NCBI GenBank assembly: GCA_023512145.1 | Contig: JAIMAD010000001.1 | Span: 1 to 49,310 of the forward strand | Direction: 5' to 3' | DNA length: 49,310 bases | Origin: Bacillus sp. (in: firmicutes) | Lineage (GTDB): Bacteria; Bacillota; Bacilli; Bacillales; Cytobacillaceae | In this document: positions 21,480-30,168 of the stretch, in pieces | Position numbering within the stretch: position 1 is the first letter of the stretch | Layout of the letters: each line of letters starts with the position of its first letter | Made by a program: the position numbers and the translations under genes | Notes under the pieces: model-generated | Seen by the model: only the letters and a program-made list of their open reading frames with translations | The model's database searches: none | Told to the model about the DNA's origin: nothing

Positions 21480-21756
21480 TGCTTCCACCCCTGCCTTTTA
21501 GGATGTCTGCTAATGGATTGAACTCTTCGCCTAAAAGCCGGAAGGAGTCATCCCCACTCTGAAATTCTTCCATAAAGACCTTCCAATTCACCGCATTGGC
21601 TGCTGCAAGAATAAGTCTTTGTAATGTATTCATCTCATCAATGTCATAGATTTTCTCGATCAATTCTCCAGGTATTTCTCCAAATCGCATCCTAAGTACA
21701 GCAATTAAATCCTCACGATCATTAACAAGCAATGGATCCGTTTCAAATGAAAACAA
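21469..21756 (-). CDS. Small protein overlapping the narG start; resembles DUF4351/Rpn C-terminal domain
   Basis: LRMRFGEIPGELIEKIYDIDEMNTLQRL pattern; overlaps narG start. Confidence 0.7.
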   Translation of the reverse strand: MFSFETDPLLVNDREDLIAVLRMRFGEIPGELIEKIYDIDEMNTLQRLILAAANAVNWKVFMEEFQSGDDSFRLLGEEFNPLADILKGRGGSNAV

Positions 21757-21774
21757 TAGTATGTTCAGTCCCTT

Positions 21775-22086
21775 CTAAAGTTTTATCATTTTATAGTAAT
21801 CTGAGATTAATAGTGATTTACATTTCTCTGCGGTATCTTTAAAAAAGTGAATCACTTCTTCATCAGGATGCATTGTTTGTTCAAAACTTACTTGTGTTGA
21901 AACCCTATGTGAAAAAGATTGCGAAAACCGGATTGTGATTTCATAGCCAGTTTCATTTTTGATAACAGTCCCATGGATGTCGTAAGGATGGATATTAAAT
22001 TTTGAAAACGTTTCGGCCATTTTTTTATATAAGACTGGTGCGGCAAAACGTACTAGTTTTTCTTCGAAACCACTTTTCTTATCCAT
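21775..22086 (-). CDS. Hypothetical protein in the nar operon
   Basis: Tightly spaced co-directional ORF; ATG 22086 after RBS GAGGT. Confidence 0.7.
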   Translation of the reverse strand: MDKKSGFEEKLVRFAAPVLYKKMAETFSKFNIHPYDIHGTVIKNETGYEITIRFSQSFSHRVSTQVSFEQTMHPDEEVIHFFKDTAEKCKSLLISDYYKMIKL

Positions 22087-22125
22087 TCTTAACCTCACTT
22101 CCTTAGTTCCCTTATTTTACCTTGG

Positions 22126-22551
22126 TTATCTTTTACTTTTTTCTAGCAGTTTATTCATTTCATCTTCATTATGGATTTCATCGATGATGACTAGACTGTC
22201 TAATAAAGTAATCATTCGTTGATCTGGCTCAAACGTTTGCAATCTTTCTTTCATATTTTCCACGATACGGCGCATTAAATCATGATCCCGAGTTAATTGG
22301 ATCACAGTATGCTCTAGTTCTGGATCTTCTTTGACTATATCCTTATATAAGCCTTCTTCTTCCGCTTCAGCATGCTTCAGCGTCCTTGATTCCCAATGGT
22401 CAATTGCCACTTCTATCACCTGTAAAGCCTTTTCCTTGTCACCAACTTCCAAACATTTTTGAATTATTGCTCGTAACTCGATTGCCTCATTCAAAGCAGA
22501 TTCATGGATGGAAGAATGTGCTTCCAGTTTTCTTAAGCTTGGTCCTGACAA
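22126..22551 (-). CDS. Hemerythrin-like (HHE) domain protein
   Basis: H...HAEAEEEGLY...DHDLMR...HNEDE di-iron ligand pattern; strong RBS GGAGGAGAGG, TTG start. Confidence 0.85.
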   Translation of the reverse strand: MSGPSLRKLEAHSSIHESALNEAIELRAIIQKCLEVGDKEKALQVIEVAIDHWESRTLKHAEAEEEGLYKDIVKEDPELEHTVIQLTRDHDLMRRIVENMKERLQTFEPDQRMITLLDSLVIIDEIHNEDEMNKLLEKSKR

Positions 22552-22833
22552 ATCTCTTCACGCCTCTCCTCCAACATTACCAAAAGTAGTTGCATAAATT
22601 TAATGGAATGATTTGTTGGAATTTTATTTTCTTTAATAGGAAATTCCTCGTAAAGATAGGTACACTTATCAGCCTTTCCATTATTTCTATTGATAAACTT
22701 TCAGAGGAAGTGTTTCTTAGTTAATATGGGCTAACCTATGAATAAATAATGGATCAGGTACCACCAAAAGCTACAGAGTACACAACGCCTAATACGTTAT
22801 ATTAATGGAAAATAGGAAATAAAGTGGGAGTCA

Positions 22834-22862
22834 TTGATATTATCTCTTCAATTTGTTATAAT
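22834..22862 (+). promoter_or_regulatory. SigA promoter of the S1-domain gene
   Basis: TTGATA-N17-TATAAT with TG extension. Confidence 0.75.
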
Positions 22863-22900
22863 GAAGTGGTTTTAACATTATCGAGGAGGAACACTTTTTT

Positions 22901-23344
22901 ATGTCAATTGAGGTAGGTAGTAAGGTACAAGGTAAAGTAACAGGAATCACTAGTTTTGGGGCATTCGTTGAATTGCCTGGTGGCTTAACAGGTCTTGTCC
23001 ATATCAGTGAGGTAGCGGATAGCTATGTAAAAGACGTTAATGACCATCTGAAACTTGGTGATATGATTGAAGTAAAAGTAATTAGTGAAAAAGACGGTAA
23101 AACGGCCTTATCCATCAAAAAAGCAATAGATAGACCTGAAGGACAAACTTCTTCTTATTCCCAACGTCCAGCACGCCAGGGTCAAGGCAGAGTTGACAGG
23201 GGTGCCAAAGGTGGGGGTTTCAAACCAAAGGAAAATTTTGAAGATAAAATGGTTAAGTTTTTAAAGTCAAGTGAAGAAAATTTATCTACCCTCAAACGCA
23301 GTACTGAAACAAAACGGGGCGGTAGAGGTGGAAGACGCGGATAA
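22901..23344 (+). CDS. S1-domain RNA-binding protein (YabR-like)
   Basis: MSIEVGSKVQGKVTGITSFGAFVEL...GLVHISEVA; C-terminal FEDKM.KFLK.SEE...KRGGRGGRRG. Confidence 0.92.
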   Translation: MSIEVGSKVQGKVTGITSFGAFVELPGGLTGLVHISEVADSYVKDVNDHLKLGDMIEVKVISEKDGKTALSIKKAIDRPEGQTSSYSQRPARQGQGRVDRGAKGGGFKPKENFEDKMVKFLKSSEENLSTLKRSTETKRGGRGGRRG

Positions 23345-23380
23345 CCAACCGCATCTTTTATTAATACTCCAAATATAATG

Positions 23381-23416
23381 AAAGGCAAACCTGTATTAAA
23401 CAGGTTTGCCTTTTTT
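23381..23416 (+). terminator. Intrinsic, possibly bidirectional, terminator between the yabR-like gene and ftsZ
   Basis: AAAGGCAAACCTGT-N5-ACAGGTTTGCCTTT followed by TTT. Confidence 0.85.
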
Positions 23417-23521
23417 CATGTCCCCTATTAATAGATGAGTTTACAAAAAAATTTCAGGAGGATATATCCAAAAATAATCGAACTGATGCATCCCACAACT
23501 CTTTTTGTAAGAGAAATGTAT

Positions 23522-24703
23522 CTACCTTGGCCGTTTGTTTCGATTCCGCAAGAACGTTGGGATATCGAGCGATTCTTCTGGTTGTTTCACTTGACGTTCA
23601 TTTTCATTTACCGGTGCATCCCGCAATGCCTGTTCACGTTTAGGCTGTTCCCGTACCTGTGATTTATACATATCAGCTCTTGTGGAAATAGTAGACGTGT
23701 TCTGAGATGAGTTCCTATTTAGAGACGAATTACGATTTCGCTCTGAATTCTCCTTATCAACAAAGCCCGTAGCAATGACAGTGATCATAACTTCACTTTT
23801 AAAGTCCTCATTAATGATCGACCCAAAAATCATATTTAAATCCTTATCCGCAGCACCGGCAACAATTTCCGCTGCCTCTTGTACTTCATATAGACTTAAA
23901 TTTATGCCCCCTGTGATGTTCATTAATATCCCTTGAGCACCATCGATGGACGTTTCAAGTAATGGACTAGAAATAGCCTTTTTTGCTGCTTCCACTGCAC
24001 GGTCTTCACCTTTTGCAATCCCAATCCCCATTAAAGCTGTACCTTGATTGGACATAATCGTTTTCACGTCAGCAAAATCAAGGTTGATTAGTCCAGGGAC
24101 AGCAATTAAATCAGAAATCCCTTGAACACCTTGGCGCAGGACATTGTCCGCTTCTCTGAAGGCTTCTACCATCGGTGTCTTTTTATCAACCATCTGTAAT
24201 AAGCGGTCATTGGGAACAATAATCAAGGTGTCCACGGCTTCCCGCATTATCTCGATTCCGCTTGAAGCATTTGCTGCTCGCTTACGACCTTCAAAGCCAA
24301 ACGGCCGTGTGACCACACCAATCGTAAGCGCACCAAGCTTGCGAGCAATTTGGGCAATTGCTGGGGCTGCTCCGGTTCCGGTACCACCGCCCATTCCTGC
24401 GGTAACGAAGACCATGTCTGCTCCTTCTAGTGCCTCCTGCAGCTGCCTACTGCTCTCTTCCACGGCTTTTCTACCAACTTCTGGATTGGCACCTGCACCT
24501 AACCCTCTTGTTAACGATGCACCAATTTGCATCTTAATTTCTGCTTTTGATAAGTTAAGTGCCTGGGCATCGGTGTTAACTGCAATAAACTCGACGCCTT
24601 GAACGCCGCCCTCAATCATCCGATTTACCGCGTTGTTTCCCCCACCACCTACACCGATTACTATTATCCTAGCTATTGGATCCACATTCACATCAAATTC
24701 CAT
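23522..24703 (-). CDS. ftsZ: Cell division protein FtsZ, stand-alone copy
   Basis: [45 protein letters not shown]-terminal [10 protein letters not shown]. Confidence 0.97.
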   Translation of the reverse strand: MEFDVNVDPIARIIVIGVGGGGNNAVNRMIEGGVQGVEFIAVNTDAQALNLSKAEIKMQIGASLTRGLGAGANPEVGRKAVEESSRQLQEALEGADMVFVTAGMGGGTGTGAAPAIAQIARKLGALTIGVVTRPFGFEGRKRAANASSGIEIMREAVDTLIIVPNDRLLQMVDKKTPMVEAFREADNVLRQGVQGISDLIAVPGLINLDFADVKTIMSNQGTALMGIGIAKGEDRAVEAAKKAISSPLLETSIDGAQGILMNITGGINLSLYEVQEAAEIVAGAADKDLNMIFGSIINEDFKSEVMITVIATGFVDKENSERNRNSSLNRNSSQNTSTISTRADMYKSQVREQPKREQALRDAPVNENERQVKQPEESLDIPTFLRNRNKRPR

Positions 24704-25116
24704 TAATCGTTACTCCCAATCATCCAAAATACCCTTTACCATTGTTTTTAAGACTCTTTACGAAACTTTTCATACTAAATTGAAACAAAATACCAATTTT
24801 ACGAGTGAATCAGTAAAAAATTTTTACGAGCATATGTCCCAATACTTTAATTCGTACAGGTTTAGATATCGATTCGAAAAATAACAATCTATACGAAACA
24901 GTCTTTTTAAAAGAAACCAGAGAATCTTCCCTCTGTTTTATAAAAACATTCTAGATTATTTCATTTTATCCTTTCATCTTACCATATAAGGAAATAATAT
25001 TCTGATATATGTATATTCGTAATATGACTTTCATCACATTGTAATATGATATAAATATTGGCTACGGGGAACTATATACAACTAACACCCCATGGTTTTA
25101 TTATAATAACTGCATG

Positions 25117-25144
25117 AAAAAAAAGACAGGATTAAGTTCCTGTC
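25117..25144 (-). terminator. Intrinsic terminator of cysJI
   Basis: GACAGGA-N6-TCCTGTC with adjacent A8. Confidence 0.7.
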
Positions 25145-25149
25145 CTTGA

Positions 25150-26868
25150 TTAACTATGGAAATTCATACCATCTGTTACTGCTTTAACGATCTCAGCGCG
25201 GATGGCAAAGTCACCGAAGTGCTCGCCTTCTTGCCGTTCTTTCGCATAGCGAGAAAAAAGGACACGCAGCTCACTCAAAATTTCCTTCTCGCCAATGTTA
25301 TCACGGTACAGTTTACTTAGGCGGCTACCGTCAAAGGCTGCTCCTAGGTACATATTGTATTTGCCAGGCCCCTTGCCAATAAAGGCAATTTCACCGAGAG
25401 CAGGACGAGCACATCCATTTGGACAGCCGGTCATCCGAATAGTGATTTCTTCGTTCCGCAGGCCATTTTCATCGACAATCGCCTCCATCTTCTCAAGGAG
25501 ATGTGGCAAATAACGTTCAGCTTCTGCCATTGCCATCCCACACGTTGGAAATGCGACGCACGTCAGTGAACTACGGCGAAGTGCTGAATATTGACCGCCA
25601 TCCGTCAAACCAAATTTTTCAATGAGTTCATCAACTTTTTTCTTTTCTCGGTTAGAGACATTGGCAATAATTAAATTTTGATTTGCTGTCAGACGATAAT
25701 CACCACGATGGATTTTGGCTATTTCACGCAAGCCGGTCTTCAGCTTGATATTATCAAAGTCACCAATTCGGCCACCTTGTACATATAGCGTAAAATGCCA
25801 TTTGCCTTTTACACCTTTCACCCATCCGTAACGGTCGCCATTATGGTCAAAATGATAAGGCTTCGCTTCATCAAGAACCCAACCAAGACGGTTTTCTAGT
25901 TCTGACTTTACCGTCTCCAGTCCGAGTCGGTCAACAGTGTACTTGAAGCGGGCATTTTTTCGGACGGTTCGATTTCCGTAATCACGCTGAATCATAATTA
26001 CCTTTTCTGCCACAGCATAAATTTGTTCTGGTTTACAGAAGCCGATGACTTTGGCGAGCTGAGGATACGTCGCATTGTCACCATGCGTCATGCCCATTCC
26101 ACCGCCAATCGCTATATTAAAACCAACAAGCTTGCCATCTTCCACTACAGCTATCAATCCAAGGTCTTGTGAAAAGACATCAATATCATTCGATGGTGGG
26201 ACAGCAATACCAATCTTAAACTTCCGTGGCAAATAAAGCGGCCCGTACATTGGTTCAACTTCCTCTAGTTCCGGGGTACCGGCCACTTTTTCCTCATCTA
26301 GCCAAATTTCATGATAAGCTCTTGTGCGCGGCAATAAATCATCGCTTAACCGTTTGGACCATTCATACACTTCGGAATGAATTTCCGATTGATATGGATT
26401 CGAGATACACATGACGTTCCGGTTCACATCACCGCATGCGGCAATTGTATCCAAAAGCGACTTATTGATTTCCTGAATCGTTTTTTTCATATTCCATTTT
26501 AAAATGCCATGTATCTGAAAGGTCTGACGGGTTGTCAATTTTAAGGTGTCGTTACCATATTTTTTGGCAAGGTTATCCATTGTAAGCCACTGTGCTGGAG
26601 TTGCCACACCACCCGCCATCCGGACACGTAACATGAACTGGAACGCAGGCTCAAGTTTTTGCTTTTGGCGCTCATTGCGAAGATCACGGTCATCCTGCAA
26701 GTAGCTGCCGTGATGTTTCATTAAGCGATTGTCATCATCAGGAATTCCGGCGCTAATTCGATCTAACATCACTTCCTTCAATGTGCCACGCAAATAATTA
26801 CTTCTTTCTTTTATCTCCTCAACATCACTTGGAAGACCTTCTGGCGCTTTTAAAATTTGCTTCACCAT
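25150..26868 (-). CDS. cysI: Assimilatory sulfite reductase, hemoprotein (beta) subunit
   Basis: [43 protein letters not shown]...GCPNGC; ATG 26868 after RBS AAGGAG. Confidence 0.95.
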   Translation of the reverse strand: MVKQILKAPEGLPSDVEEIKERSNYLRGTLKEVMLDRISAGIPDDDNRLMKHHGSYLQDDRDLRNERQKQKLEPAFQFMLRVRMAGGVATPAQWLTMDNLAKKYGNDTLKLTTRQTFQIHGILKWNMKKTIQEINKSLLDTIAACGDVNRNVMCISNPYQSEIHSEVYEWSKRLSDDLLPRTRAYHEIWLDEEKVAGTPELEEVEPMYGPLYLPRKFKIGIAVPPSNDIDVFSQDLGLIAVVEDGKLVGFNIAIGGGMGMTHGDNATYPQLAKVIGFCKPEQIYAVAEKVIMIQRDYGNRTVRKNARFKYTVDRLGLETVKSELENRLGWVLDEAKPYHFDHNGDRYGWVKGVKGKWHFTLYVQGGRIGDFDNIKLKTGLREIAKIHRGDYRLTANQNLIIANVSNREKKKVDELIEKFGLTDGGQYSALRRSSLTCVAFPTCGMAMAEAERYLPHLLEKMEAIVDENGLRNEEITIRMTGCPNGCARPALGEIAFIGKGPGKYNMYLGAAFDGSRLSKLYRDNIGEKEILSELRVLFSRYAKERQEGEHFGDFAIRAEIVKAVTDGMNFHS

Positions 26869-26895
26869 ATTGATAAAACTCCTTTCCATCCAAAA

Positions 26896-28716
26896 TCAAT
26901 AAACATCACGTTGGTACCGTTTTTGCTGTTGCATTTCGGCAAGATGCTCCACTGCTTCTTCACGGCTCATGCCGCCTTCTTTTTCAATAATCTCAAGTAA
27001 CGTATGATGGACGTCAACGGCCATGCTTTTTTCATCCCCGCAAATGTACATGTAAGCACCTTCTTGAAGCCAGGCGAATATTTCTTTACTATGTTCAAGC
27101 ATGCGGTGTTGCACATACACTTTTTCAACGCTGTCACGTGAAAACGCAACATCCATTTTTGTTAATACACCATCTTTGAGCCACTTTTGCCATTCAGTCT
27201 GGTAAAGAAAGTCCGTCACGAAATGCTGATCGCCGAAGAACAGCCACGATTTCCCTGCTGCTCCCATTTCTGCACGATCCTGCATAAAGGAGCGGAACGG
27301 TGCCACACCTGTTCCAGGTCCAACCATTATGACCGGTGTATTTGGGTCCTTTGGTTGCTTAAAGTTTTCATTATGCTGAATGTAAACCGGTACCATGTCC
27401 CCTAGTTGCAGACGCTCTGCGCAATAAATAGAGCAGACACCCATACGTTCACGTCCATATGCATCAAAGCGGACAGTACCGATAGTCAGATGCACTTCAT
27501 CCGGATTCGCGGAAAGGCTACTCGCAATTGAATAGAGTCGGGCAGGTAGTTTTCGAAGAATAGCGACAAACTCTTGTGCAGGTCCACTCCACGGACCAAA
27601 ATCACGGACTAAATCAAGCAAATCTCGCCCATCAAGATACGCTTTTACCTGTTCTTCATTACCATCTTGCAACAACTCTTGCAACATCTCATTTGCGTAC
27701 AGCTTCCCTACCTTCTCAAGCAACGGTTTTGTAAGAATAGTAATTTCATAATAAGAGTGGAGTGCTTCTTTGAGCTTTAATACGTCCCCTTGATTATTAA
27801 CCTTGACCATTTCTTCCGGATTCCATTTAAATTCTTCTAGGAGCTTGTCGACAAGGTCAGGGTCATTTTTCGGGTAGACACCCAGGCTGTCACCGGGTTC
27901 AAAGATGAAACCAGACCCTTCAAGCGATAACTCAAGGTGGCGCGTTTCTTTATTCGAACCACGCCCATTCAAATTAACATTATCAAGTACTTCCGCTTTA
28001 AATGGATTTGTCCTTGAATATTCTGTTCCTACTGCCTGTGGTGCAGAAACTAACATGTGAGCAGTACTTTCATCCTGCTCCTCCGACATACTCCCATAGA
28101 CTCCTAGAAGCCACTGGGCTGCTGGCTCATCATAGTCAAGGTCGCAGTCAAAGCGCGGATAAAGCCGAGTAGCGCCAAGTTCTTCTAGCCGGGTATCGAA
28201 TTCTTTGCCCGTCTGACAGAAAAACTCATACGAGCTGTCTCCCAGCGCCAATACAGAAAAACGGAGATGATCAAGCTTTGGTGCCCGTTTACTATGAAGA
28301 AATCCATGGAACATGGACGCATTATCCGGCGAATCACCCTCACCATGTGTGCTGACAAAAACTAGTAGGTTTTCGACTTTTTTCAAATGGTTCGGTTTAA
28401 AATCGCTCATCGACGAGAGTGTTACTTGAAACCCGTTCCCCTCAAGTGTCTTGCCCGCCTTCTTCGCAAGCCCCTGTGCGTTGCCTGTCTGTGACCCATA
28501 AAGAATGGTCACTCCTTTCGAACTTGTCTGATTGCTACTATGGGCTTGTTGTTCATCTTTTTGCACTTCTTTTGTTCCCGGAAAGGAAACAGACTGGGTT
28601 GCGGACAAATATCCACTTAGCCAGAATTTTTGCGAATCTGTCAAGGTCGGCAGAATGCGGTTAAGGAGCTCTGCCTGCTCCTGATTAAACGGACTGTTCA
28701 TTACCTGAAGTTGCAT
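26896..28716 (-). CDS. cysJ: Assimilatory sulfite reductase, flavoprotein (alpha) subunit
   Basis: YGSQTGNA, STHGEGD, ALGDSSY, RLYSIASS, GPGTGVAPFR, RYQRDVY; start ATG 28716 after RBS GAGGTGG. Confidence 0.95.
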   Translation of the reverse strand: MQLQVMNSPFNQEQAELLNRILPTLTDSQKFWLSGYLSATQSVSFPGTKEVQKDEQQAHSSNQTSSKGVTILYGSQTGNAQGLAKKAGKTLEGNGFQVTLSSMSDFKPNHLKKVENLLVFVSTHGEGDSPDNASMFHGFLHSKRAPKLDHLRFSVLALGDSSYEFFCQTGKEFDTRLEELGATRLYPRFDCDLDYDEPAAQWLLGVYGSMSEEQDESTAHMLVSAPQAVGTEYSRTNPFKAEVLDNVNLNGRGSNKETRHLELSLEGSGFIFEPGDSLGVYPKNDPDLVDKLLEEFKWNPEEMVKVNNQGDVLKLKEALHSYYEITILTKPLLEKVGKLYANEMLQELLQDGNEEQVKAYLDGRDLLDLVRDFGPWSGPAQEFVAILRKLPARLYSIASSLSANPDEVHLTIGTVRFDAYGRERMGVCSIYCAERLQLGDMVPVYIQHNENFKQPKDPNTPVIMVGPGTGVAPFRSFMQDRAEMGAAGKSWLFFGDQHFVTDFLYQTEWQKWLKDGVLTKMDVAFSRDSVEKVYVQHRMLEHSKEIFAWLQEGAYMYICGDEKSMAVDVHHTLLEIIEKEGGMSREEAVEHLAEMQQQKRYQRDVY

Positions 28717-28786
28717 CGTTTTCCACCTCACACATGAATAATTTAACAAGGAATAAATTTTTGAATTTTTAAAATCAATTAAGATA

Positions 28787-28824
28787 ATAATAGTTTGACT
28801 ATTCCTATAAGTCAAGTCGGTTTT
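28787..28824 (-). promoter_or_regulatory. SigA promoter of cysJI overlapped by a CymR-like box
   Basis: TTGACT-N17-TATTAT; AAAACCGACTTGACTTATAGGAAT (28824-28801) fits the B. subtilis CymR consensus as recalled (AAWNCN2ANTWNAN3ATMGGAATTW) except at its last positions. Confidence 0.65.
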
Positions 28825-28914
28825 AAAAATTCGAAGTATGAATAAATGATAATCTATGAAATTGCACATCTAAATTGGAGGGATTTACTAAGGGACTAGT
28901 TTTAAAAATGGCAC

Positions 28915-28974
28915 AAAAAAGGAGAGAGCCAGCACTATCTACCTTTCCAGGTAGCATGTGCATGCTCTCTCCTT
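28915..28974 (-). terminator. Terminator of the heme O synthase gene
   Basis: AAGGAGAGAGC...GCTCTCTCCTT long stem with adjacent A-tract. Confidence 0.7.
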
Positions 28975-29010
28975 ATATATAACAGTGGATTGGAACGTCT
29001 ATTTAACATC

Positions 29011-29952
29011 CTAACTAAATATAGGCAATGTGACAAGCACCATCACAAGAAACAAAATCATTATATAATTAACTGAATAGATGAAAATCTTGTGAGCCCA
29101 TTTCAGATCATTTTTTGTTGTAAGTCCATTAATACTCAGAAGTAACCAACCAAGATTAAGCAACGTTGCAATGACAATAAATGTGATACCAAGTGGGTAT
29201 AAGAAAAATGGTAATGGAAGCAAACATGCTACATAAACGACAATTTGTCGCTTTGTTACTGCAAAACCCTTGACAACAGGAAGCATCGCTACCCCTGCCG
29301 CTTTATATTCTTTACATTTCTTCATTGCGATTGCAAATGTATGTGGCATTTGAAAAATAAACAAGATGAGAAACAGGATAATTGGAACCCTTTGAAAACC
29401 AGGTTCGATGGCTGTCCACCCGATTAATGGTGTTACGGCACCAGAAACACTTCCAATAACTGTATTAAGTGTGAATCTTCTTTTTGACCACACTGTATAT
29501 AAAATAACATAGGTAAACCATCCCACGAAAGCGTATATCGCTGCTTCAATGGTTGTAAAGAATAATAAGATTAAACCAAGTACACTAAAACAGATTCCCA
29601 TCGTTAAAACAACGTTCAACGAAATATTTCCCGTCACAGTAGGACGATTTTTCGTTCTTTCCATCACTTTGTCAATATCAACATCGTACCAGTTATTAAG
29701 GAGGAGTGCTCCAGCCATTACTAACGTACTTCCTAAAATTGTTAATAAAAGTAGATCTAAGTGTGCGATTAATGATGCATCAGTAAAATATAGTGCCAAC
29801 CAGAATCCAGTAAAGACAGGCAGTACGTTAGCGAGTAAAACAGGTACTTTGAAAAGTGCTTTTAGATCAGAAGCTAAAGTAGACGTATTTCGTACATTTG
29901 ATATAGTTTCTTCCTCAACATTCTGCAGATAAGGTATCCTATATTTATTCAT
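29011..29952 (-). CDS. Protoheme IX farnesyltransferase (heme O synthase, CtaB/CtaO/CyoE family)
   Basis: NNWYDVDIDKVMERTKNRP, YTVWSKRR, QMPH...EYKAAGVAMLPV; not within a cta oxidase operon. Confidence 0.93.
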   Translation of the reverse strand: MNKYRIPYLQNVEEETISNVRNTSTLASDLKALFKVPVLLANVLPVFTGFWLALYFTDASLIAHLDLLLLTILGSTLVMAGALLLNNWYDVDIDKVMERTKNRPTVTGNISLNVVLTMGICFSVLGLILLFFTTIEAAIYAFVGWFTYVILYTVWSKRRFTLNTVIGSVSGAVTPLIGWTAIEPGFQRVPIILFLILFIFQMPHTFAIAMKKCKEYKAAGVAMLPVVKGFAVTKRQIVVYVACLLPLPFFLYPLGITFIVIATLLNLGWLLLSINGLTTKNDLKWAHKIFIYSVNYIMILFLVMVLVTLPIFS

Positions 29953-30168
29953 CTATCTATATCCTCCCTACGAACCAGTACAAATTATTCATGTCTCTAA
30001 AATCAACAATGACTATTACAAAAAAATGCTGAGTCAATGATTTAAATCAATGATTTAAATTATTTATTATAACACAGTTAATTAATATAAACATAAAAAA
30101 TTGTGATATTTGAATAATGGAATCAACCTAATACCAAGTGCCGTCAAACCATAAGTACTCTTAATGAA

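Noticed and set aside
23522..24703. ftsZ as a plasmid or phage TubZ/PhuZ partition gene
   Set aside because: Sequence is canonical FtsZ including the C-terminal peptide; no tubR, iteron array or mobile genes nearby
28717..28869. N-terminal extension of CysJ in the ORF track (likewise for proline dehydrogenase, NarI, SdhA, CysI)
   Set aside because: Downstream starts have proper RBSs and match family N-termini; the CysJ extension spans the promoter
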